A stretch of 64,000 nucleotides of DNA from Squalus acanthias. Lineage: Eukaryota. Where the stretch lies: assembly GCA_030390025.1 (NCBI GenBank), contig CM059440.1, positions 17,918,001 through 17,982,000 of the forward strand, given 5' to 3'. Shown piece after piece: positions 25,215 through 37,626 of this stretch. The translations under genes were made by a program, and so were the position numbers. The notes under the pieces are model-generated. The model made no database searches. It saw nothing but the letters and a program-made list of their open reading frames with translations, and was not told where the DNA came from. Numbering within the stretch: the stretch's first letter is position 1; each line of letters starts with the position of its first letter.

Positions 25215-26645
25215 TCTTATTTGTTCTGGGGATGTGGGCAACACTAGCAAGGGTGCATTTAATGCTAATTGCCCTCCAGAGAGCATTTAAAAGTCAACCA
25301 CGTAATGTGGGACTGGAGTCACGTGTAGTCAAACAGGGTAGGAGTGGCAGGTCCACTTCTCTGAAGGACATTCGTGAACCCGTTGGTTTTTATTACACAA
25401 TCTAGCAGTTTTCATGGTCATTTTTTCTCGTGCCAGTCCACAAATTGCCAGATTTATTTAATTCAGTCTTACAACTCTTATCAATCTATATTAACGATTT
25501 GGAGGAGGGGACCGAGTGTAACATATCAAAGTTTGCAGATGATACAAAGATGGGAGGGAAAGTAGAAAGTGAGAAGGACATAAAAAACCTACAAGGGGAT
25601 ATAGACAGGCTGGGTGAGTGGGCGGAGATTTGGCAGATGCAATACAATATTGGAAAATGTGAGGTTATGCACTTTGGCAGGAAAAATCAGAGAGCAAGTT
25701 ATTATCTTAATGGCGAGAAACTGGAAAGTACTGCAGTACAAAGGGATCTGGGGGTCCTCGTGCAAGAAAATCAAAAAGTTAGTGTGCAGGTGCAGCAGGT
25801 GATCAAGAAGGCCAACGGAATGTTGGCTTTTATTGCTAGGGGGATAGATTATAAAAACAGGGAGGTATTGCTGCAGTTATATAAAGGTATTGGTGAGACC
25901 GCACCTGGAATACTGCATACAGTTTTGGTGTCCATACTTAAGAAAAGACATACTTGCTCTCGAGGCAGTACAAAGAAGGTTCACTCGGTTAACCCCGGGG
26001 ATGAGGGGGTGGACATATGAGGAGAGGTTGAGTAGATTGGGACTCTACTCATTGGAGTTCAGAAGAATGAGAGGCGATCTTATTGAAACATATAAGATTG
26101 TGAAGGGGCTTGATCGGGTGGATGCGGTAAGGATGTTCCCAAGGATGGGTGAAACTAGAACTAGGGGGCATAATCTTAGAATAAGGGGCTGCTCTTTCAA
26201 AACTGAGATGAGGAGAAACTTCTTCACTCAGAGGGTAGTAGGTCTGTGGAATTTGCTGCCCCAGGAAGCTGTGGAAGCTACATCATTAAATAAATTTAAA
26301 ACAGAAATAGACAGTTTCCTAGAAGTAAAGGAAATTAGGGGTTACGGGGAGCGGGCAGGAAATTGGACATGAGGCTGAGTTCGGATCGGTCAAGGCCCTG
26401 TGGGTGGCGGAGCGGGCCCAGGGGCTGAGTGGCCGGGTCCTGCTCCTACTTCTTGTGTTCTTTAGATTTGAGGTTAGGATCAGATCAGCCATGATCTTAT
26501 TGAATGGCGGAGCAGGCTCGAGGTGCCGATTGGCCTACCCCTGCTCCTATTTCTTATGCTCTTATGTTCACTTGCAATGGTGGAGTTTGAACGCACAGCC
26601 TCTGCGTTGCTAATCCAGAACCATAACCACGACACTGCCATACTA
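25215..26645 (-). mobile_element. tRNA SINE family C split by a CR1 insertion (25482-26569)
   Basis: 25215-25475 matches family C body/tail (gggatgtgggc...aaggacattcgtgaacc); 26570-26645 is its head (ggagtttgaac...ccataaccac). Confidence 0.7.
25482..26569 (+). mobile_element. CR1 LINE 3' ~1.1 kb with one frameshift and a double 3'UTR
   Basis: IYINDL..G.ECNISKFADDTK...; frameshift near 25885; then VRPHLEYCIQFWCP...RRMRGDLIETYKI...LWNLLP. Confidence 0.95.
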
Positions 26646-27231
26646 GTTTGTTGCGTTTGCTCTCAGAATATGGATGAGATAGGCAAGGCTGCATTTGCTG
26701 CACATCCCCAGTTGCCCTAAGATGGTGGTGAGCCTCCCCCTTGGTCCGCTGCAGTTCCAACCATCAGAGCTACTGAGGATGCGAACTTGAGTTTCTAAAA
26801 ATAACAAATTGGTTTGCACATATCCCTCAGACACTTAGGAAATTTGTTTCCAAGAGAAATTTAGCTCAACAAACCTGAACAGGAAGATGAACCTTGACCA
26901 TTCCAGATGGAACCATCAGGCATGCGCATCACTCTTTCAGTCCTAATAATGCATCTGTACAGTTCCTGGTGCAAAGACATCATTGCTGTTCATAGAATCA
27001 TAGAATGATTACAGCACAGGAGGAGGCCATTCGGCCTGTCGAGCCCATGCCGGCTCTCTGCAAGAGCTCTTCAGCTAGGCCCACTCCCCCGTTAATACAA
27101 TTCATTTACAAAGGCAACAAGGGAAATGACAGGAACATACAGTTCTACTCATGTACAAACCTAATGTCTCAGGTCATGGGAAATAGTGGATATGGAGAAA
27201 AGGAAGGAAATGGGGGGGGGGGGGGGATGGG

Positions 27232-28665
27232 GGAAGTATGGAGGTAACAAAAGCAAGGATGAGGGTTTCAGCAGCAGATGAGCTGAGGCAAGGGCGGAGA
27301 CAGGCGATGTTAGAGGTGGAAATAGGCGGTCTTAGTTATGCTGCGGATATGTGCTCGGTAGCTCATTTCAGGGTCAAATATGACACCAAGGTTGCAAACA
27401 GTGTGGTTCAGCCTCAGGCAGATGTTAGGGAGAGGAATGGAGTCAGTGGCTAGGGGACGGAGTTTGTGGCGGGGACCGAAAACATTGGCTTCGGTCTTCC
27501 CAATATTTAATTGGAGAAAATTTCTGCTCATCCAGAACTGGATGTCGGATAAGCAGTCTGACAATTTAGAGACCGTGGAGGGGTCGAGAGAAGTGGTAGT
27601 GAGGTAGAGCTGGGTGTCGTCAGTGTACATGTGGAAACTGACGCTGTGTTTTCGGATGATGTTGCCAAGGGGCAACATGTAGATGAGAAATAGGAGGGGG
27701 GCCAAGGATAGATCCTTGGGGGACACCAGAGGTAACGATGCGGGAGCGGGAAGAGAAGCCGTTGCAGGTGATTCTCTGGCTATGATTAGATAGATAAGAA
27801 TGGAACCAGGTGAGTGCAGTTCCACCAAGCTGGACGACAGTGGAGAGGCGTTGGAGAAGGATGGAGTGGTCAAACGTGTCAAAGGCCGCAGACAAGTCAA
27901 GAAGGACGAGGAGGGATAGTTTACCTTTGTCACAGTCACAAAGGATGCCATTTGTGACTTTGATGAGAGCAGTTTCAGAACTATGGCAAGGGCGGAAACC
28001 TGATTGGAGGGATTCAAACATGGAATTGCGGGAAAGATGGGCACGGGTTTGGGAGGCGACAACACGTTCAAGGACTTGAGAGGAAAGGGAGGTTGGAGAT
28101 GGGGCAGTAGTTGGCAAGGACGGAGGGGTCAAGGGGTTTTTTTTTTGAGGAAAGGGGTGACGACGGCAGATTTGAGGGAGAGGGGGACAGTACCTGAGGA
28201 GAGAGAACCATTAACAATGTCAGCTAACATGGGAGCCAGAAAAGGAAGTTGGGTGGTCAGCAGTTTCGTGGGAATAGGGCCGAGGGAGCAGGAAGTGAGT
28301 CTCACGGACAAGATGAGCGTGGAGAGGTCATGAGGAGAGATCGGAGAGAAACTGGAGAAAGATGAGAGTTCAGGGCTAGGGCAGGGGGGAACCTTAGAGG
28401 AAGTTTGGCCCGGTGGGCTAGGGGAAGGAAGGGAAGTGGCAAAGACAGCTGAACGGATGGTCTCAATCTTAGAGACAAAGAAGTCCATGAGCTCCTCACA
28501 CCTGTTGTCGGAAATGAGGGTGGAGGAGACAGGGGAGAGGGGTTAAAGAAGATGGTTAGCAGTGGAGAATAGAAGCCGGGATTTATCTCTGCATTCCAGA
28601 ATGATTCTGGAATTGTGAGCAATTTTGGCAGACGAGAGCAGGACCCGATAATGCTTTGTGGTCCA
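27232..28665 (-). pseudogene. L2-clade LINE ORF2 RT fragment (frameshifted)
   Basis: QSGFRP.HS.ETAL.KV, LLVLLDLSAAFDT.DH.ILL.RL, SGVPQGSILGP, HMYTDDTQLY, NFLQLN..KTE spread over ORFs 27310-28071, 27620-28132, 28129-28488; typical L2 RT motifs. Confidence 0.93.
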
Positions 28666-28767
28666 GCCAGATCTGGCGGTGAATGGCTAATCTCAAGTGT
28701 CCTCACACCATGATGTAACATCACTGATCGGGTTCCCAACTTTTTGCCATGTCCTAAACCAAACCGA

Positions 28768-29340
28768 GAAAGAAAGAACTTGCATTTACATAGAGCCTTT
28801 CACAGCTCAAAGCGCTCTACAGCCTTATCAGCTTGATTATCACCCCAACCACCACCTTAAACATTCACTCCCTCCACCACCGGCGCACCGTGGCTGTGTA
28901 CCTTCTACAAGCTGCACTGCAGTAACTCGCCAAGGCTTCTTCAACAGCACCTCCCAAACCCGCAACCTCTACCACCTAGAAGGACAAGGGCAGCAGGCGC
29001 ATAGTAACACCATCACCTCCAAGTTCCCCTCCAAGTCACACGCTATCCTGACTTGGACATATATCACTGTTCCTTCATCATTGCTGGGTCAAAATCCTGG
29101 AAATCCCTACCTAAGGGAGCATCTTCACCACACGGACTGCAGCGGTTCAGTCATGCCAGTGATGCCCATATCCAATGAATGAATTTTAAAAATGCCAATG
29201 AAGTACTTTTAAAGTAGTCACTGCTGTAACGTAAGAAACAAGGCAGCAAATTTGTGCACAGCAATCTCCCACAAACACAATGTGATAATGATCAGATAAT
29301 CTGTTTTAATGATGTTGGTTGAGGGATTAATATTGATCAG
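28768..29340 (-). mobile_element. DeuSINE tail region split by a LINE-B insertion
   Basis: aaagaacttgcatttacatagagcc...ctacagcc | insertion | gccaatgaagtactttt...gagggattaatattg; gcc repeated at both junctions. Confidence 0.75.
28828..29192 (+). mobile_element. LINE family B 3' fragment
   Basis: cattcactccctccaccaccggcgcacc...agaaggacaagggcagcagg...gatgcccatatccaatgaatgaat. Confidence 0.85.
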
Positions 29341-30269
29341 TCCAAAGATGGACATGAAGCAACCCCAATTACAGAGAGTGGTCCTCAGGCAAGACACTGC
29401 CGACCATTATAGCCCTCCTCAAAAATTAACTGACGTTGATCTGTAGTTTCAGAGCAGTCAGATCTGGGATCTGCACTGTCAAAAGGATAGTTGCCAAGAA
29501 AATAGTAAAAAATTGCACATAAATGCAAGTGAGGTATCATTCTGTCAGATCCTGTTCAACCTCAGATTAAATACTTTCAATTACTTTTAACTTATGACAT
29601 GGGACAGCAATGATTTTTTTTAATATAATCATTTTTACAGGCAATATGAAAGAATCTTTTTATCTTGCTAAGTGAATGACCCTATAATAAGCAGTTTATT
29701 AAATGCTGAGGTAACTCATCTGTCCACAGTGCTCGGATAAATGTTGTAAGCCACATTTCACCTCTGGCGATGAGCAATATGAATAGTCTTGGCAATAACA
29801 CTGAACAGTTCTGACAAATCTGCTGTGGTGTCTTATAACAACTCTGCTGTATGAACGGCAACATTAACTTTCAAGCAGTCATGGCTGAGAGTGTCTGGAG
29901 GTCCTCGGCCCCACTTAGACCCTACAAAACCCGACAGGACCACGACAGTGCAGACCTTCACACACCAATGGACCTGTAATTCAACAATCACTGTACAAAT
30001 TACACACTTCCATATGTTAACTGTATCTAATAAATTACATGCACAGAGTACCTGCATAAGGGACTGTCTGAAACACAATTTTTTTGTTGATAGATTGCTC
30101 AGAGAAATATTTAATCACCTTACTGCCTTGAGAAGAAGAAACTTAAAAGAATCCACATTGAGGGATACAGCAGACAAGGAAAGGAAAGTGTGAAGAAAGC
30201 GAAGGCATAACACCTAGAGTTCTGCCAGCAGCACAGCGCTTAAAGGCATTGCCTAGTGTGTTACCGAAC

Positions 30270-30585
30270 CAGAGAGACCAGAAGGTCCCTGGCTGCACTG
30301 TTAGCTGATCTGAACAGAGGTACTAAATCAAAGCCCTGGGCTGGGGAGTGGGGGCAGGGAGAAAATATCAACCAGGGCTCATTTTCTGTGCAGTAACCCC
30401 TGCTGGAAAGTGCATATATGGATATAGGGATGAGGATGGGATTTTGCTCGTGCTGTGCTTCCCTACATGACTGAATAGCCGGCTGAACCTCTATCTGGGC
30501 TCACATGTGAATAATGTTTAACTGGTGAAATCGTACCTCCGAGAATCAGTGCCTTCAGGAAAGAAGGGAAGACAACTGGAGTTTA
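30270..30585 (+). mobile_element. SINE family B
   Basis: gaccagaaggtccc...ttagctgatc...cccctgctggaaagtgc...gctcacatgtgaataatg...gccttcaggaaagaagg. Confidence 0.75.
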
Positions 30586-32214
30586 ATTTTTTTCTTTTTA
30601 AAAAGGCCTATCAGATCTTTTAATTTTTGTTGCTCAACCACCCTCAATTGCCCAGTGCAGCGCACTTGTTAAATCATTAAAGGTTTCAGCTTTCAAGCTC
30701 CCAAAATTATTTTATTCCAAAATCACATTATACCATGAATACCACTCAAAACATCTGCTCCTAGGTGGCCAAGGAGAGGATGTTCAAGCCAGTAACTCTC
30801 CTCACCAAAACAAAAAGCCATATACAAGGGCCCTAACACCCAGTGCTGCAGTATGCTGTTATACTAATACCTTAGACATTTCAATCAATACTTCCTTCCA
30901 AATCTTTGTCACAGACACTTTGCTGCTCCTCCTTCTAAACTCTAATCCGTCTCTGGTTGCTTACACTGGCACATTGGGCCAATGGTCTGTCTTTTGATTT
31001 TTCCACTGTCTGGGCAAGATTTCAATTTCTCTGAGACCTGAACAAAAACGGCTTGCTGAAAAGGAGCGGATTAAAAAAAAGAAACGAAAGCAGCTTCCGA
31101 TGTGTTTGTGCTTAGCCCACCTAATTACCAGGAGATATGTCACATTTGTGCTGGCTGCCCGGTTTAAAAAAATATAATAAACGACACACAGGCAGGATTC
31201 AATTCCACCAAGGGAGCTTCGTGGCTTTGTAATTGTTCACTGTTTATCTCGCAGAAAGAGAAGACAGACCAGGGGAAAAACAGGATGAGATGCAAGAAGG
31301 AGACATTTAATACTTTAGCTGCCCCGTGATGGACGCAACTTGCAGCTTTTAGCTGTTCCATGTTTTTTTTGAGTAAAGCAGACACATCAGGTATGTGGCT
31401 TGCCATTAAGAACTTCACACTTCCAGAAACTGTCCGAGGCTGACAGTGTGGACACTGCCAAAGAAACTGTTACGGCCAATTATAAATTGACTCGACCTGA
31501 CCTCACCCTTAACATGGTGTTGCACTGAACCGCTTTGCATTCACTCCTATTGTGTGAAATACTTCATCCATGTACAGCACTTAAAATAGAAAATTGTGAT
31601 CCTGGTGTAAAACATCACCCGATTATCTATTCTTGATGCTCAGCACTAATCAATGCACTGCCAAATGTTACTAAGACACAGCAGCTTTAAAAAATCTCAT
31701 CCCTCTTGTGTAAAATGTATTTTCTAAGAGATTTCTGGTTCTTGTTCTGGTTGTACTGCTCAGTGACTGCTGTGGGACAACGGTTTCCAAATTTCCTATT
31801 TTTATCCACAGGTTTTAGAAATGTAGGTCCAAGCACAATTTCTGGCATAAACATTTATAGGAATCTGACTGTGCTGCAGAATGCCCTGGAAACAATTATT
31901 GTCCATTGAGGCAGATGTTTCTTCATTTTTAGGCCACTATTTGCCTATAGTTCACACGTTCAAGGTCCTCTGAACCTTCTTTTCTAGTTTCTCAAACTCC
32001 AAATACACTGTCCTACAGGTTACTCCTCCTCCCTGCACCTTTAATGTGTTGAAATCCAGACTTGTTGCACCATTTCCACCTGATCCCCAACTGTGAGGTG
32101 CCTTGAAATGTTCCATGTTAAAGGCGCTAGCCCTTACCTCCCTCAGACAAGCTTTCCTCTGACAATCTACAAGACCCAACTTAGCACCAACCAATCACTA
32201 CAATGGATTTTTAT

Positions 32215-32680
32215 TATTTGTTCTCATAATGACGCTGGCAAGGCTGTATTTATTGCCCCTCTATTTTCTTCGAGAAGGTTGTGGACTGTGGATGCTCAGT
32301 CATTGAGTATATTTAAGACGGAGATCAATAGATTTTTGGACACTAAGGGAATCAAGGGATATGGGGATAGGACGGGAAAGTGTTGCGATAGAAGATCAGC
32401 CATGATCGTAGTGAAACGGCAAAGCAGGCTCGAGGGGCCGTATGGCCTACTCCGGCTCCTATTTCTTGTATTCTTCTGTAATTTGGTGGTGGGCCTTCTT
32501 CTTGAACCACAGCAGGTTGTGTGGTGATGGTGCTCCTATGATGACGTTAGGTTGGAAATTTCAAGATTTTGACCCAAGGATCAGCGATATATGTCCCAGT
32601 CAGGATGTGATTTGGAGGGGAACGTGGCAGTGATAGTGTCCCCATGATCTTGCTGCTCTTGCTCTTCTTGATGGGAGGTG
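32215..32680 (-). mobile_element. LINE-B 3' remnant interrupted by a + strand CR1 3' end (~32270-32478)
   Basis: gacgctggcaaggctgtatttattgccc | ggatgctcagtcattgagtatatttaagac...ctcctatttcttg | gggccttcttcttgaaccacagcag. Confidence 0.7.
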
Positions 32681-33083
32681 CTGCTGATTTACTTCGTCTT
32701 CTCTCCTGCTTTTTTAAAGCTTGGTAATGTTCTGCTCTATAGGGCTTGGCCCTTCACCTAGACTTTAAAAAAAACTGTAGCCAGGGTGTTATGTTTAGTC
32801 GAATAATAAGGATCAATGATGCCTCCACTCCGACCAGGTTTACTGCAAATGGTTCATAATAAATTTATTTCAGTAGCCAACTACAAATATGAATAGAATT
32901 GGTATTATGGGGGCTTTTTTACCTTTCTTTTCTTCTGTAAACAGTCAGCCCAAGCCTTACATATGCTGAACCTTATTTCACTTAGGTCTCTTAGAGGTTA
33001 CAGCCAGGAGGAGAGGCATTCATTCTTGAACAGAAAATGCTGGAAATACTCAGCAGGTCAGGCAGCATCTGTGGAGAGAGAAA

Positions 33084-33125
33084 CAGAGTTAACGTTTCAG
33101 GTCGATGACCCTTCGTCAGAACTGG
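33084..33125 (-). ncRNA. Minimal type-I hammerhead ribozyme motif (intact core)
   Basis: Minus strand reads ccagtt-CTGACGA-a-gggtc-atc-gacct-GAAA-cgtt-aactctg: CUGANGA and GAAA cores, helix II, palindromic ACGU helix III, GUU triplet, agtt/aact helix I. Confidence 0.75.
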
Positions 33126-33552
33126 AAAAAGCTGGAGATGGAGCAGGTTTTAAGCAAGTGTAGGGGCAGGAAAAGGGGGGAGGAGGAAAGAACAAAAGGG
33201 AAGGTGTCTGTGATAGGATGGAAGGCAGGAGAGATTAAGAGACATTAAGAGATGGTGCAAGGCAAAAGGAGATGGTAATGGGACAAGTTAAGAAACAAAA
33301 GATGGCTCTAGATGAAGTGTAAATGGCACTGGTGTAAGTGTCATTTACACTTCATCTAGAGCCATCTTTTGTTTCTTAACTTGTCCCATTACCATTTCCT
33401 TTTGCCTTGCACCATCTCTTAATCTTTCTTAATGTCACTTAATCTCTCCTGCTTTCCATCCTATCACAGACCTTCCCTTTTGTTCTTTCCTCCCCTCCCC
33501 CCTTTTCCTGCCCCTACACTTGCTTAAAAACCTGTTCCATCTCCAGCTTTTT

Positions 33553-33594
33553 CCAGTTCTGGCGAAGGGTCATCGACCTGAAACGTTAACTCTG
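33553..33594 (+). ncRNA. Hammerhead motif copy with mutated core (CUGGCGA)
   Basis: ccagtt-CTGGCGA-agggtcatcgacct-GAAA-cgttaactctg; single A>G change in the invariant CUGA. Confidence 0.6.
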
Positions 33595-33789
33595 TTTCTC
33601 TCTCCACAGATGCTGTCTGACCTGCTGAGTATTTCCAGCATTTTCTGTTTTTATTTCAGATTTCCAGCATCTGCAGTATTTTGCTTTTGCATTCATTCTT
33701 TAAGTCTGGGCTGAACTCAAACCAAGGTTCTGTGGGTGAAAGGACACTGGACTAACCAATTACAATCAATGGTCCCTTATCACAGGTCG

Positions 33790-34541
33790 AGTGAATGGAC
33801 AAGAAGGTAGCAGATAGCTTATAATGAGGGGAAATGTGAAATTGTCCACTTTGGTAGGAAGAACAGAAAAGCAGAATATTTTTTACAAAATGAGAGACTT
33901 GTAAATGTTGGGATTCAGAGGGATTTGGGTGTCCTTGTACACAAATCCCTCAGAAGGTTAACATGCAGGTACAGCAAGCAATTGGGAAGGCATATAGTAT
34001 GTTAGCTTCTATTGGAGTGTAAGAGTAAGGTAGTCTTGCTGCAATTATATAGGGCTTTGGCAAGACCAGACCTGGAGTACGAGTACAGTTTTGGTCTCCT
34101 TACCTAAGGAAGGATATACTTGCCTTGGAGGTGGTGCAACGAAGGTTCACTAGATTGATTCCTGGGATGAGAAGGTTGTCCTATGAGAAGAGATTGTGTA
34201 GAATAAGCCTATATTCTCTGGAGTTGAGAAGAATGAGAAGTGATCTCACTGAAACATATAAAATTCTTAGAGGGCTTGATAGGGTCGATGCTGGGAGGCC
34301 GTTTCCCCTGGCTGGAGAGTCTAGAACTAGGGGTCATTGTCTTAGGATAAGGCACCAGCCATTTAGGACTGAGGTGAGGAGAAATTTCTTCACTCAGAGG
34401 GTTGTGAATCTTTTGACACCAAGGGAATCAAGGGATATGGGGACATGGCGGGGAAGTGGAGTTGAGGTAGAAGATCAGCCATGATCTTATTGAATGGTCG
34501 AAGGACCGAATGGCCTACTGCTCCTATTTCTTCTGTTCTTA
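33790..34541 (+). mobile_element. CR1 LINE 3' fragment
   Basis: ORF 34125-34484 VQRRFTRLIPGMRRLSYE.RL...RRMRSDL.ETYKIL; upstream aaatgtgaaattgtccactttgg; tail ctcctatttcttctgttctt. Confidence 0.92.
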
Positions 34542-35479
34542 TCACACTCAACTCATTCTTTTTAAGAGTATTAAATCTTTCATTTTCTCCTCAATCTGTG
34601 ACAGTAGTCAAGTTTAGCACCCTTCTCCTACGACTCTGCCAATAACACATTATGCATTCTGCTACTCATGCAAGCATTCCCAGGGGCACCACGTTCCCTT
34701 TGCTGAGCCCCTCTCTGCAGCACTCTGGTTGGTCTGAAAAGTCTGCTGCGCAGCAACAGAAACATCTCCCCCAGCACAAGGTTCTAAGAAGAACTCGACC
34801 TCAATTTAAAAAAAGGTAAAACCAAAATGGTGCAGGATGATGAAGCACCAACACACAGCAGCACACGGTTTCATTTAAATACTTCACAACCACTTTGCAT
34901 TAAATGGGTTTTTGATGTTAGAAATATGAAGTACAGACATTGAGACATTTCAGGAATCTGCCAGTGGTATTCCTCTGAGGATCACAGAACCAAGAAATTA
35001 AGAGAAATCATTCAGGAGCCTTATTTAGCATTAGCTTTGCAAAACCTTGTGACCATTATGTGTATTTTTGAGATTCAGGGGTTATTTTAAATGGGATTTT
35101 TTTTTTTTATGTTAATGCCTCAATAAATTTAGGCAATTCTGTGTTTAGCAAATCACTTGCTGTTGAATTTGCTTTTAAAGGTCGGGTCCTTTGCTTCAAC
35201 TGTCAGCTAAAGATCAGAGGACGATGTTTACTATACTGTTTCCTCCTGCCCATGGCAGAAAGCTTAGTTCTGGAAAGTGTTTAATCCTGTTAAAAATAAG
35301 GCAGTCTTCAGGGTAAGGAGATTTACAGGTCACTGCAGAAAACCTCTTGCACATCAGACACTTCGATCCACTGGTAGTGACCTCTGCAGACACAGAACTG
35401 CGAGAAAAAGAACATTTGCTCTGAGCATGTACAAACATATCGAACAACAATGGAAACACAAGCGCATGTTTTGTGAGAA

Positions 35480-35745
35480 CATAAGAATTATTTAGGAACA
35501 GGTAAAGGCCGCTCGGCCCTAATGGCCCATCCTTTTCTCAGAGATGAGTCATGTCTACACACCTTCTTACCACATCCCTCAAGCCCTTCTCTAGGAAAGA
35601 ATGCGAATGTTTCTTGAACCCATTTACACTGTATGCTTCAATGGCCTTTCCCCAGTAACTTAATGCACAGCTCCATGTCCCTTGGGGTGAAATCATTCCA
35701 TCTGACCTCCATCCTCTTTCTACTTTTTAAACTCTTGTCCCCTGG
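35480..35745 (-). mobile_element. Old CR1 3' remnant
   Basis: aacataagaattatttaggaacagg...ggccgctcggccc is an antisense CR1-type tail. Confidence 0.55.
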
Positions 35746-37626
35746 AATCTATCGCAAGAAATTTGGAGCAAATAATTGAGAAGCACACGTCAAATCCTAG
35801 AAGGAAATACTGTCCTTCAGAGGCTACCCAATGTCTTGTGGTGCCATTCAAGAGGGCCAGAAATACACACTACAGGTTAAATGATGCCAGCTACAATTGA
35901 TTAAGTTCTATCACTTTTGCAATCAATGGGAACTGCATGTTATGCTGAATACAGCATGTTTTATTGATTTCACATCATTGATTAACCCAGCAGCCTTGGT
36001 GGCACTTTGCGTTAGTGCACCAACATGCCATACTGTGAGGTCCTGGACAGAGACTGTTGGGCTACGGTTATACTCTGTACTGGTCTGAGACTGGCAGATG
36101 CAGAACACAATTCAAAACCAGCAATGCCTGCGTTGCACTGCCAACTGCGTCACACCAGAGCTGTATTCCTGGCCAGGAAATTTTGAAGGATTTGAAAGTC
36201 TGGACAGCGAGATATATATTCCTCTAACCCTGCCCTCCATTTGTAAAATAACAAAGACATCACTTGCTTTCTCTCTAAACATTAACTTTGAACAGAAGTT
36301 TGCTTACTGTGACCTCAATCTACCCTAACTCCCTGCCTAGCATGGCACAAAACCTTAAAACACACAGTGCTGCAGCACTTGGTTGCATGATTCAGACTCT
36401 GATTGCAGACTGCAACTGTCTGTAGACTCTCCCCAACACCCAAATTAATTCTGTAGTCGGCTCGCCACTGACCTGCTCGTCAAAGAGGACTACAACCAGT
36501 GATTCTGTGCGCTTCTCAAAGATCTCACGCAGAGCTGTTAATTAAACCCACTACCCCAGGTTGGGGCCTATCCGTTGATCCATGTCATGTGGCCTGGGGC
36601 CATGCCCCTCTCGCTACTGTCCTGAAACAAAATCAGTAAATGGGTGCATCGCTCATAAATGGCAGTGTGTATTTGCAACACCAGATTTCTGATTGGTCCC
36701 TTGGAAGATAAGACACACCAAGCAGTTTGTCTGGAATGTGTAATTAGATCATGCCTGCCTGAGTAATCAAGTACTTTGCAATGTGTAATTTGATCCATTC
36801 ATTCTGACTGCCAGGCTCCAGAGCTCACAGTACTGCTTTCAGAGAACATACAGGGCTCACCCTCGTAGGTTAGGACCTTCTCCTCCATCCGCCCGTCACC
36901 CCCCCAACCAAGTTCCTGACCACCGTCCCCAACAAGTGCCTGACCTTCCCCCCAATACATTAGGTCAAACAGCCATTCGTCAGTAGTGAACACACAGCCA
37001 ATCTTTAACAATGGCAAAGATGTCTGTGGTTGCAAGTAATGGCCTCAGGTTGATTGGCCAATTAACACTTCAGACAACCCTTGTGTGGGCCATAAAAACT
37101 TGCACCTTTCCAGACAATGTTTCTGTTCCAAGCAATCTTGGGTGTTAACCCCTTATATGCTGTTTCTAGCAACATAAAATAGAAGTGAAAAATTCAACAC
37201 AGGCAGATATTCATTTTTACCACATAGAGCAATGAAATTATCAGCTGCCCATAGTCCTTGTTTAACAGGTGCTGCCTGATCTTCTGTCATAATGATAACC
37301 TGTCTCTTAACTGTGGAAGCTTGGTGTATCTTTTTCTTTTTAAGTACCCACGTTTTGTAAAGGAAAGAATATAAACATGATTTAATTTTTACACAATTAT
37401 ATTGAGTAGGTGAAGTAACCTACAGGATTCTGCAAACACCTCAGTGGGTAAACGTGCTTCATGATCCGATATTGAGCCACAAGCACCATCGAAGGCCCCA
37501 GGTTCAATCTCAGTTTTTTTTTACTAAAGTAGCTGTTCTCAGCCTGGGTAGTTTTAGAAGTGCTGCAGCCTAGGGATCTACTGCCTTAAAGGAGTGTAAA
37601 GATTCTCTCTCCAGCTACCGAGAATA

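Larger units (their letters stand above)
33028..33688 (+). mobile_element. Penelope-like (PLE)-derived non-autonomous fold-back element with hammerhead motifs and 12-bp TSD
   Basis: ~300-bp inverted arms 33029-33330/33337-33649 around a 6-nt loop ggtgta; ~39-nt unpaired 3' tail; TSD GCATTCATTCTT at 33016-33027 and 33689-33700. Confidence 0.88.
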
